From positions 905,226 through 969,225 of the forward strand of contig BPJB01000001.1 of assembly GCA_026004395.1 (NCBI GenBank): 64,000 nucleotides of DNA, read 5' to 3'. This document shows, piece by piece, positions 29,936-38,885 of the stretch (positions are counted from its first letter, which is position 1; each line of letters begins with the position of its first letter). This DNA is from Patescibacteria group bacterium (GTDB lineage: Bacteria; Patescibacteriota; Microgenomatia; Levybacterales; UBA12049). Below the pieces are notes generated by a model. It made no database searches. It had not been told where the DNA came from and was given only the letters and a program-made list of their open reading frames with translations. Both the position numbers and the translations under genes were made by a program.

Positions 29936-30925
29936 ATGTATAAGGATTTAATTCTAATAAAACTAAAAGATAAAAAAATTTTTCTTTTGCTATCTATTAT
30001 TTTAGCTTTGTTACTATTCACCCTCTCACGACAAGCCAAAGCGCAAGAGATGCTGCGTACTTTTACTGTCTCTCCTCCTGTAATTGAAACCACAATTAAA
30101 CCCGGCGGCTATATGGAAGGCAAAATGAAGATTTTTAATGAAAGCTCTACTCCACTTACTTTTGATGCATCTTTACAAGACTTTATTGTTGACAATGATG
30201 AGGGACGCCCAACAATTCTCCAAGAAGATACACTCAGTAATAAATACTCAGCTAGTTCATGGATTGCAGTTTATCCTCATACTTTTACAGTGCAACCCAA
30301 AGAAAGATTTGAAGTAAGCTACTACATCAACGTACCTCAAAATGCACGTCCCGGAGGACGCTATGCTACAGTAGTCTTCAAACCACGCTCTTCTCTCTCT
30401 GTTGCGGGTACAGGAACTGCTGTTCAAACACAAATCGGAAGCCTTTTCTACATCAGTGTAGATGGACCAATCACAGAAAAAGCAGAAGTCACCAAGTTTG
30501 ATGCTAAAAGATTTGTCGAGAATGGACCTGTTACAGTATTCACCAGTATTAAAAATCTAGGTGATCTTCACATCAGACCAAAAGGATATATCAAAGTCAC
30601 CAATATGCTGGGCAAACAATCTTATGTAACTACTCTTGCAGAGTATAATATCTTTCCAGAGGCACAACGCAACTATGAGAACACATTTGGTAAAAAATTC
30701 ATGTTTGGCCGCTACAAGGCAGAACTTATCGCAAGCTATGGTAAAAACAATAATCTTCCATTAACAGCCACTATCTATTTCTGGGTGTTCCCATGGAAAG
30801 TTGCGCTTATCCTAATTGTTATAGTCATCACAGCAATACTTGGGTATCTCTACATGAGAAAGAATAAGAAAACTCATGGACATGTTCAACAGCCAACGGA
30901 TACTCCAACTTCTTCTGATAATTAA
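29936..30925 (+). CDS. DUF916/DUF3324-like membrane-anchored partner protein
   Basis: FTVQPKE...VPQNARPGGRYA; KNLGDLHIRPKG; FWVFPWK + TM + basic tail; AGGAG Shine-Dalgarno. Confidence 0.75.
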   Translation: MYKDLILIKLKDKKIFLLLSIILALLLFTLSRQAKAQEMLRTFTVSPPVIETTIKPGGYMEGKMKIFNESSTPLTFDASLQDFIVDNDEGRPTILQEDTLSNKYSASSWIAVYPHTFTVQPKERFEVSYYINVPQNARPGGRYATVVFKPRSSLSVAGTGTAVQTQIGSLFYISVDGPITEKAEVTKFDAKRFVENGPVTVFTSIKNLGDLHIRPKGYIKVTNMLGKQSYVTTLAEYNIFPEAQRNYENTFGKKFMFGRYKAELIASYGKNNNLPLTATIYFWVFPWKVALILIVIVITAILGYLYMRKNKKTHGHVQQPTDTPTSSDN

Positions 30926-31361
30926 ACTCAAACGTATCTAGTATATTTTGCATCTTGCTTCTAGGATGAGTGTAACTAACATAGTATCAATAACTGCTTT
31001 GAGAAAATCATATCTTTTAATTTTTTATCTCAAAACTTACTGTCACCAAACAATAAACAGACTCACTGATAAATCAGATGATACAAGGTGATTTTCTAGC
31101 AATAATCTCGACTATATAAGACTTTTCTATGAATATTAAAATGGAAAAACTTCAACTCTCTTTTACAAAACAAACAAAATCTCTCAGACAGAATTAACAA
31201 TTTGCTGTTATACGCAGTGTATGTTTGGCACTGAAGACGACTTCCAGAATGCAGCATAAAAATCAGTGCTTGTGCATAATTTCTCAATGGTATCCAAAAC
31301 AGCAACAGCCAAACTTTATCTTTAGATACTAAACATTAAACACTAAAAACAAAATCCTATT

Positions 31362-32246
31362 CTAGTATCCAAACATCCACGCATGATGCAACTTCCTTTC
31401 ACGGCGTCTTAGAAGACCATACAGTTTGGAGTTATAAATAAAGGTAAATTTCTCAGGCCAAATTTTGAGAACAAAAAAGGTAATAAGAGGTATTAGAGGA
31501 AACACAAGCCACAATGGTCCCAAACCAAGCCCTGTAAACAGCTCTACAAGCCATTTCCAGAGTCTTTTTATCAAAACAATGATTTGCTGCCACCATGACA
31601 ACGCAATAAGCCTAACGCTATCTGATGGGTTTTCAGAAGGCTTCCTGTTGTACACTGCAGTCGCAAATAATTGATATACACCTGCTTTAAGATTGGTGAG
31701 CGTGTATTCGTAGTATCCATTTTGATCTGCTGTGATAGTAAAAATCATCCCATTATCCATATGGATGGTAACAGTAGCACCCGGCATCGTATAACCAAAA
31801 ACCAGAGCATTTCCTCCGGCTGCGATCTCTGATCTGAGAAGACCAATTGTTGGAGGGAGGAATATTCCATCCCGTCTTATATCCTGCACAGCCCCTCTCA
31901 CCTTAAAACATGTTTTGGAATCGCCAATACGTTTAAAATCAATATGTTCAAGACAATACTCTTTAATCGTTTTGCGAATGAGAACATCTAGTAGAGAAAA
32001 ATTGCCGCCTTTATCAGCTACTGTGGCGCGCACAAATACTCCATCAATCGTAAGCACAATTGATGCAAAAGGGGAAGCAAATCCGGAAATACTCAGATTA
32101 TTCTCTCCAACACGCGCCAAAACCTGAGTAGTAGCAGAATAATTTTTAAGACCAAGAATTTTGGCAAAATAATCTTTGCTTAAAAGCATGGAGAGAAGAA
32201 ATAAAAAAGATGTAATGCAACCGATGATAAATAACTTAGATTTCAT
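31362..32246 (-). CDS. Membrane protein with two Ig-like/carboxypeptidase-regulatory-like domains
   Basis: Two repeats of G.(A/T).P.A.(I/V)....D.....AD..G.(F/Y); N- and C-terminal hydrophobic segments. Confidence 0.7.
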   Translation of the reverse strand: MKSKLFIIGCITSFLFLLSMLLSKDYFAKILGLKNYSATTQVLARVGENNLSISGFASPFASIVLTIDGVFVRATVADKGGNFSLLDVLIRKTIKEYCLEHIDFKRIGDSKTCFKVRGAVQDIRRDGIFLPPTIGLLRSEIAAGGNALVFGYTMPGATVTIHMDNGMIFTITADQNGYYEYTLTNLKAGVYQLFATAVYNRKPSENPSDSVRLIALSWWQQIIVLIKRLWKWLVELFTGLGLGPLWLVFPLIPLITFFVLKIWPEKFTFIYNSKLYGLLRRRERKLHHAWMFGY

Positions 32247-32280
32247 ATTTTAATCTTCAACTATCTTTAACTTCTAACTT

Positions 32281-32312
32281 AGAGGTTTCACCTCTTTAGA
32301 GGTGAAACCTCT
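32281..32312. repeat. Inverted doublet of the REP-like palindrome AGAGGTGAAACCTCT
   Basis: AGAGGTTTCACCTCT-TT-AGAGGTGAAACCTCT. Confidence 0.85.
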
Positions 32313-33921
32313 GATATTCAGAATGCTCACCTCAAACACACATTTTCCTATAGTAGTTGATAAAAAATATCTCATAGTTAGAAAGTGGGCGTTGTCCAAT
32401 TTTTACTTTAGAATATCAATCTTAGCCTTTTTCTTGAGACTACTTTCTCTCTGATCTAAAACTATTCTCTTATCAGCTCAAGCAACTACTTATTTTCACA
32501 TTCCTTCCTTCTGTTATAGCCATTATATTTGTCATCTTAGTCTTGTATCTGTTCTTCCAAAATCATTGCCCTTCGTTAATTTGTTGATCATCCCAATCTT
32601 CTTACTTGTGATCTCAATTTCTGCTTTCCTTCTTAAGCTAGAATAAAGATCCGCCTCATAACTGAGAAAAGCCAAAGAGAACATCTCTAACTCATTGTTC
32701 AAATCACACTTTAAATGTACCTCGAAATAACAATTAATACACTGCCACAGATCAATTTAAAGATTTGTTCCAAAGACATTCTCAAAAACAATCAAAGTAC
32801 AATTAGCATTCCTAATATCATTGTATATTTTCAGATTGGACAAATACAACTTAGAAAGAAGGTATGCTCAAATTACATTAGCCAATAACTTCTAATTTAA
32901 AAGTGCTGAAAAGAGGGAAATTGCAATTCTTTCACTCACTTGAATAAGACAACTTCTCTATCGCAGGAATAATCAATCCTCTAATATTATCTCTTTGTGG
33001 GTAGAATAAAGTATAAAAACAAATAAATGATTGATAAATCAATCTAAATTGCTAAATAAAAAAACTTATCAATTAATAACTCTCTCTGACAATTTTCAAT
33101 TTGTTTAAAAATGTTAAATATCATTTTTTGCTTAAAATAGGTAAATGTAGTTATTAATCAACAGTAACTCTAGATAGAAGGATTGCATTGTGAAAAAGAA
33201 AAATTCATTATTACCATTTTTCATTATCAACAAAATAAAAAAAACTTAGATTTTTAAAAAAATGAAAAAATCACATCCCTAGAAATATATCAAAATATCT
33301 CAACACGAAAGAAAGTAGAATATGTATTATTTTGATATATTATATATCTGTACCGATAACGACGTTTTTTTATCACACAACGAAAAAAATGAGAAAATTA
33401 ATGATGTTTTCATAGAAATTAACAACTTTTCACAAAAACTATTATCTTTTTTCCATTTATAGAAAAAATATCACAAAACATCAAAATATATCAAGATTAT
33501 TTTACTCTAGGATATTGACAAGTAAACTTAACAATACCTAAGCTATTAATAGATGTATTTTTATAAGAAGTATGATGAATAATTGGTATAATCTGTATAA
33601 TCTTGAGGCTAAAAACCAAAATCAAACACAGTTTTTTCACGACTCAACAAACGAGTTTGTGAAAAGTAAGCTCTACTTTGCGTCTGGGCTGTCTATATTT
33701 AATTTGGATCCCCTATCTTTGTCATTTATAACCTTTTTATCCTCTCAATCTTCGTTTCTGTCCTCTTGGCCTTTTATTTCTTATCCTATGCGCAGCAATA
33801 AACCTTCATCACCACTACTAAAAAAGACAGAGGCAATCTATCGCTTCAAGCTCCAAAACAATCGTTTTATGCCTGATACAGAACATATACAAACAAATCC
33901 AAGAAAGGAAGGTGACACTTT

Positions 33922-34185
33922 ATGCGAACTCACAAAGTAGGTCAAGATCTAGTTTTTATAGCTTCCAAAAAATTCCCAAGAAGCTTTTTGTCCCAAAGCA
34001 GAAAGAATTCGATAACTTTCAAGTTGGATCTAAAATTCGATCAAGAGATAAATAATCATGATCTCATCAAACATAATAGGCTGAAAATCGGACTGCCAAC
34101 CAACTATGGGTTTGTTTGGTTTTCAGCAGCACTTATACTTAGTTACTTCATCAGCCAGTTGTACTTAATTTTCACAGGTAACTAA
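33922..34185 (+). CDS. Small hypothetical protein with C-terminal TM
   Basis: AGGAAGGTG Shine-Dalgarno-like sequence before the ATG; hydrophobic C-terminus FVWFSAALILSYFISQLYLIF. Confidence 0.5.
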   Translation: MRTHKVGQDLVFIASKKFPRSFLSQSRKNSITFKLDLKFDQEINNHDLIKHNRLKIGLPTNYGFVWFSAALILSYFISQLYLIFTGN

Positions 34186-34304
34186 ATATACAAACTTTAT
34201 TCTAGTCTTGCAAACAGATGGACTATTTTGTCTTAAAAAAACAAACACTAAAAATGAATTTGTTATCAATTTATCAATCATAAGTAAAAAATCTTAAATC
34301 AAAT

Positions 34305-37300
34305 ATGGACTTACTTGCCCGGTTCAAAAAATACTTAGAAGCACAGAAAAATCCGCCATCATACCTGACGGTTAAAAATTACCTATCAGATATTCGTCAA
34401 TTCATCACGTGGTATGAAACTACCCAACAGCAGGAATTCAAACCAAAGCAAATCACAAAACTTTTGATTGATGCGTATATCAACTACCGCAAGAACTTAA
34501 ATTCAGCTTCTGTCAGATCAACAGAAAGATACTTATCATCGCTTCGGAAGTTTTTCGACTTTCTTAAAGAGAAAAAATATATCAGCTCTAATCCACTCAA
34601 AGACCAAAACAGACTTACCAATAATCCTGATCCGTGGAAACTAAAAGCATTTAAAGATTATCTTTATGTCTATAACGCATCCAATCTAACTATAAAAAAC
34701 TATATCAATGATGTTAAACAGTTTCTGGACTGGGTTGCCAAATCTTCGGGAATAAAAACTCCAGATCAAGATACTATAACTTTTTGGAGAAATACCAAAA
34801 TTAATATATTTTCCTTGATTAATAAGGAGCTCTTACAAAAATACCGCAGCTATCTTCTCTCACAACTCAAATTATCAGAGAATCTTTATCTTGAAAAGCA
34901 GAACAAAGACATAAACACTACAACAATACAGCAATCAGGCAATGCAATCTCTCTATCAGATTCCAAAGAAGCAACTGCAACCGATTTGAATACCAAACAA
35001 GGACTCTCTATTCTTTCTATCAACCGCAAACTCTCATCACTGCGCAAATTCCTTTCATGGGCACAAGATGAAGGACTGGTACAAATTGATCTCTCTTCCC
35101 TCTCCAACATCAGACGCACTGCAGAGGTGAAAGCTATATCATCTGAAGATGCACAGCGCACCTTCACTGGCCCAAGTGCTGCAGGTGAATCAGAAAAAAC
35201 ACAACTGATTTCTCATCTTGCACCCTTAGATGACAGTTCTAAAGATAATCAAAATGACAAGTATCCAAGTCGCCAAATTGAAACTCTTGATACTGAACAA
35301 AAACATAAATACTCCTCATTCCCCCCTCTAAGACTTATCCAAAAGTTAGTAAAAGCTACTCTGCTAGGTATAGATCTGACAATCATCGCTGGTATTGCCA
35401 AATTACTTGAACAGATAACGTACATCAAATGGCTTGCCTCAGGTAAGCAGATATTTATAAAGAGTGCTAAAAAACAATTAGACTTTATTGTCAATAAAAA
35501 CATCAAATCCACGCTTGATAATACTCAACCAGAAAACCGATTTTCTAGTATTGTGGATCTAGTATCTAAAGAAAATCCAAGATTGGAAAAGAACTCAAAT
35601 ACTCAATATCATATACCAAATATCAAATCTCGCTTTCACCCCGCTCATCCAGAATTTACTACCCTGCCTCTGCATTACAGAATCTTGGGGCATCTGCGTC
35701 ATACTAGACCACAATGGTACATAAAGTATCATCAGTATCCGATCGTCCACTATTTCCATTTCGCAGCTCTTATCATCTTTATGAGTGTGATTGGATTTGG
35801 ACTGTACCGATCTTTCTTTGAGCAGCCACAAAAGGAAAAAACTCTTGCTGCTCCTCCAACAGCTCCTCCTAGGATCCTCTCTTTTCAAGGAAGACTAACA
35901 GATATTTCAGATAATCCCATCACCTCAGCTACACCGCTGAGATTTGCGATTTATAATGATCTCACTGCGTCAGGCTCAGCGCTACTTTGGCAGGAGGTGC
36001 AAACAGTTACACCAGACACAGATGGTGTCTTCTCTGTGTTGCTGGGAACAAATACTACTATTCCCTCTAGTGTCTTTACAGACAACTCAAGTCTATATCT
36101 TGGTGTTACGGTACAGACAGACCCTGAGCTTACACCTAGACAACAGATCGCAACAGTGGCATTTGCAGCCAACTCTGAGACGTTGCAGGGACTTTATCCT
36201 ATCACAGCAGCTGGTGCTGGCACATCCAATGTAGTTCTTGCCCTTGATTCATCCGGTAATTTGACAATTGGAGGATCAGCAACACCTAAATTTTCAGCAA
36301 CAGGCGGCGAATTTACCCTATCAGGTAATGTTCTCTCTCTGACAACAAATGTAGGATCCAATACCAACATCAATATTAGCCCAGATGGTAAAGGCGTAGT
36401 AAATATTATCAAACCGTTACAAAATACATCACTCAATAATAACATTACTACAGCTGCTGGAGCTGTAGAAGTAGATGATCTCTTCGCAGTTTTAGCCACA
36501 TCAAGTGGTCAATCAGCCTTTACTATCAATCAAAACGGTGCAGGACCACTGATTAGCGCATCAAGTAGTGGAATTGCTAAATTTACAGTTAATAACGATG
36601 GCTCTGCTTATTTTGCAGGAAATGTAGGCATAGGTATTACTTCACCTACTGGTATATTATCTTTAGCCAATTCTGCAGCTGGTGTTGAGATACTTTTCTC
36701 AGGTGCAAATGCGGCTAATATATATCAAAGTACGTCAGGACAATCTCTATATATTAATACCAATACCGGTGATCTCAGATTAGGAGCTAACGGCTCAGGA
36801 TCAAATGACTTAGTAATAAAATCTACTGGCAACATTGGTATTGGCAATACTACAGCTTCCAACTTCAAACTAGAAGTGACAGGCAATATTGGTCCATCCG
36901 CTGACGTGACCTATAATCTAGGATCACCATCTCTCAGATGGAACAATGTCTATGCCAACAACTTCATCGGCAGCGGCACAGGAGGTACCGCAGGCTATTG
37001 GCAATTAAATAACGGTGCGCTCTCTCCTGCATACAGCACCAATGATGTACTCATAGGAGGAACTGCTACCTCCAGTGCCAAATTTGGATTTATCAACGTC
37101 ATCGGCAGCGGCACACCTACTGCGACAATCTCTGGTAATTTTTCTATTCAAGTCCCAACTGGAACAAATCCTGCCATTAAAATTAATGCTCTCAATGGAG
37201 GATCTATCAACTTCCAAACAGCGACAACAGGACAAGGAGACGCTGGACTCACTTCACGTCTATTCATCAATAATAACGGCAACGTCGGCATCGGGACAAC

Positions 37301-38885
37301 AGCACCAGTACACAAACTAGAACTAGCCTCACACACAACAGCAGCTGGCGGCATAGGTTTTGGCACTGATGTAGAACTCTACAGAGGAGCTGCTAACACA
37401 CTCTACCTTGCCTCTGGTGACTCCCTCAACTTAGTATCAGGCAATCTACAAGTTGCTGGTACAACAGTTATCACCAGTGGTAGGATTATCCAGGCTGCCA
37501 ATGGATCTGCTGCCTCACCCTCATTCACCTTCGCATCCGACACCAACACAGGCATATTTGGGACTGGTAGTGATGTACTCGCTCTCTCAACTGCTGGTGT
37601 AGAAAGACTAAGAGTTGATGCCAGTGGCAATGTGGGTATTGGGACGACTGCACCAACTTCCAAACTAGACATCACCTCAACTGGTACAACCACCAACGGA
37701 TTAAATATCACAGCCAACTCCCTAACAACTGGAACAGGTTTCTCCCTCTCCTCCACATCAACAACTCTCACATCAGGTGGACTCCTCTCTCTTGACTGGT
37801 CCCCAACATCAGCCACTACAGCAACAGGTGATCTTCTCTCCATCAACATCGGTACCAACGGCAACATCGGCAAACTTTTCAACATCAAAGACGCAGGATC
37901 AAGTATCTTCTCCGTCTCAGAATCAACATTTGAAACATCTCTCCCCGTCAACTTCACCTCTCCAGGTGACGTCTCCATTGCCTACGACCTACTCTTCACC
38001 AACCCAACAGCCTCCTACATCAAATCATCAGCTCCTCTCTACATCCAAGCTGGTGAAACATTCAACTCCTCAGACCTCACACTTCAGACCTACAATGCTG
38101 GCAACGTCATCATTGACTCCCAAGCTCTTGTTACCAATCAAGCAGCCACCATCTCAGGTCAACTAGTTATCGGAACAACAAACCCCAACTCCGCTCACAT
38201 AGGCAACTTTTATCTGACCAACTCATCAACCTTTGGCAAAGCTCTTGCCATACTCAACCAAACAGAATCCGCTGACATCTTCACTGCCTCCTCCTCCGGC
38301 ACCACAAGATTTACCATATCCAACAACGGCACCCTCACTGCCACAGCTTACACAATAAACAATGGCTTACTATATACCAATACATCAGGTGTCATCTCTC
38401 AAGTTTCTGACACACCTGCCACCAACGAATGTCTCATCTTCAACGGATCTACCATCCTCTGGGATGCATGCTCAACTGGTGGAGGTGTCACTGGATCAGG
38501 CACCACCAACTACATACCCAAATGGAACTCTTCCTCCTCACTCACAGACTCAACCATCTTTGACAACGGCAACGTGGGTATTGGCACAACAACACCAACT
38601 ACCAAGTTAGAACTAGGCAGTGGTCAATTAGCAGTACCACTAGGATCAGCTACAACTCCATCCTACACCTTCAGCGGAGATCTCAATACCGGTATCTGGT
38701 CATCAGGAGCAGACACTCTCAACTTCTCCACTGGAGGATCTGAAAGAATAAGAATTATCAGCAACGGCAACGTCGGCATCGGGACGACGAGTCCAGCAGT
38801 AAAGCTACATGTTATAGGAACAGGTAAATTCGAAACAGGTCCTAATACATGGAACTGGATAGAAATAAATAGAGGCGGGGGATAA
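34305..38885 (+). CDS. Giant fibre protein, part 1: two integrase N-terminal SAM-like (core-binding) domains, TM helix, start of GNVGIGT-repeat fibre
   Basis: FKKYL..SYLTVKNYLSDIRQF...STERYLSSLRKFFDFL..NP and FKDYL..SNLTIKNYINDVKQF...SINRKLSSLRKFLSW; TM at ~35750-35820; LSFQGRLTD...PRQQIATVAFA domain. The stop falls in an indel-rich stretch after a G run. Confidence 0.85.
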   Translation: MDLLARFKKYLEAQKNPPSYLTVKNYLSDIRQFITWYETTQQQEFKPKQITKLLIDAYINYRKNLNSASVRSTERYLSSLRKFFDFLKEKKYISSNPLKDQNRLTNNPDPWKLKAFKDYLYVYNASNLTIKNYINDVKQFLDWVAKSSGIKTPDQDTITFWRNTKINIFSLINKELLQKYRSYLLSQLKLSENLYLEKQNKDINTTTIQQSGNAISLSDSKEATATDLNTKQGLSILSINRKLSSLRKFLSWAQDEGLVQIDLSSLSNIRRTAEVKAISSEDAQRTFTGPSAAGESEKTQLISHLAPLDDSSKDNQNDKYPSRQIETLDTEQKHKYSSFPPLRLIQKLVKATLLGIDLTIIAGIAKLLEQITYIKWLASGKQIFIKSAKKQLDFIVNKNIKSTLDNTQPENRFSSIVDLVSKENPRLEKNSNTQYHIPNIKSRFHPAHPEFTTLPLHYRILGHLRHTRPQWYIKYHQYPIVHYFHFAALIIFMSVIGFGLYRSFFEQPQKEKTLAAPPTAPPRILSFQGRLTDISDNPITSATPLRFAIYNDLTASGSALLWQEVQTVTPDTDGVFSVLLGTNTTIPSSVFTDNSSLYLGVTVQTDPELTPRQQIATVAFAANSETLQGLYPITAAGAGTSNVVLALDSSGNLTIGGSATPKFSATGGEFTLSGNVLSLTTNVGSNTNINISPDGKGVVNIIKPLQNTSLNNNITTAAGAVEVDDLFAVLATSSGQSAFTINQNGAGPLISASSSGIAKFTVNNDGSAYFAGNVGIGITSPTGILSLANSAAGVEILFSGANAANIYQSTSGQSLYINTNTGDLRLGANGSGSNDLVIKSTGNIGIGNTTASNFKLEVTGNIGPSADVTYNLGSPSLRWNNVYANNFIGSGTGGTAGYWQLNNGALSPAYSTNDVLIGGTATSSAKFGFINVIGSGTPTATISGNFSIQVPTGTNPAIKINALNGGSINFQTATTGQGDAGLTSRLFINNNGNVGIGTTAPVHKLELASHTTAAGGIGFGTDVELYRGAANTLYLASGDSLNLVSGNLQVAGTTVITSGRIIQAANGSAASPSFTFASDTNTGIFGTGSDVLALSTAGVERLRVDASGNVGIGTTAPTSKLDITSTGTTTNGLNITANSLTTGTGFSLSSTSTTLTSGGLLSLDWSPTSATTATGDLLSINIGTNGNIGKLFNIKDAGSSIFSVSESTFETSLPVNFTSPGDVSIAYDLLFTNPTASYIKSSAPLYIQAGETFNSSDLTLQTYNAGNVIIDSQALVTNQAATISGQLVIGTTNPNSAHIGNFYLTNSSTFGKALAILNQTESADIFTASSSGTTRFTISNNGTLTATAYTINNGLLYTNTSGVISQVSDTPATNECLIFNGSTILWDACSTGGGVTGSGTTNYIPKWNSSSSLTDSTIFDNGNVGIGTTTPTTKLELGSGQLAVPLGSATTPSYTFSGDLNTGIWSSGADTLNFSTGGSERIRIISNGNVGIGTTSPAVKLHVIGTGKFETGPNTWNWIEINRGGG

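Noticed and set aside
32320-33570. Replication origin
   Set aside because: AT-rich, but I found no cluster of TTATCCACA DnaA boxes and no dnaA/dnaN nearby.
33572-33940. 122-aa ORF upstream of the giant gene
   Set aside because: Overlaps promoter-like and hairpin sequence, has low-complexity S/F content and no recognisable domain; likely spurious.
34305-35100. Complete integrase or prophage boundary
   Set aside because: Only N-terminal core-binding domains are present, with no catalytic R-H-R-Y domain and no phage structural or replication genes nearby.
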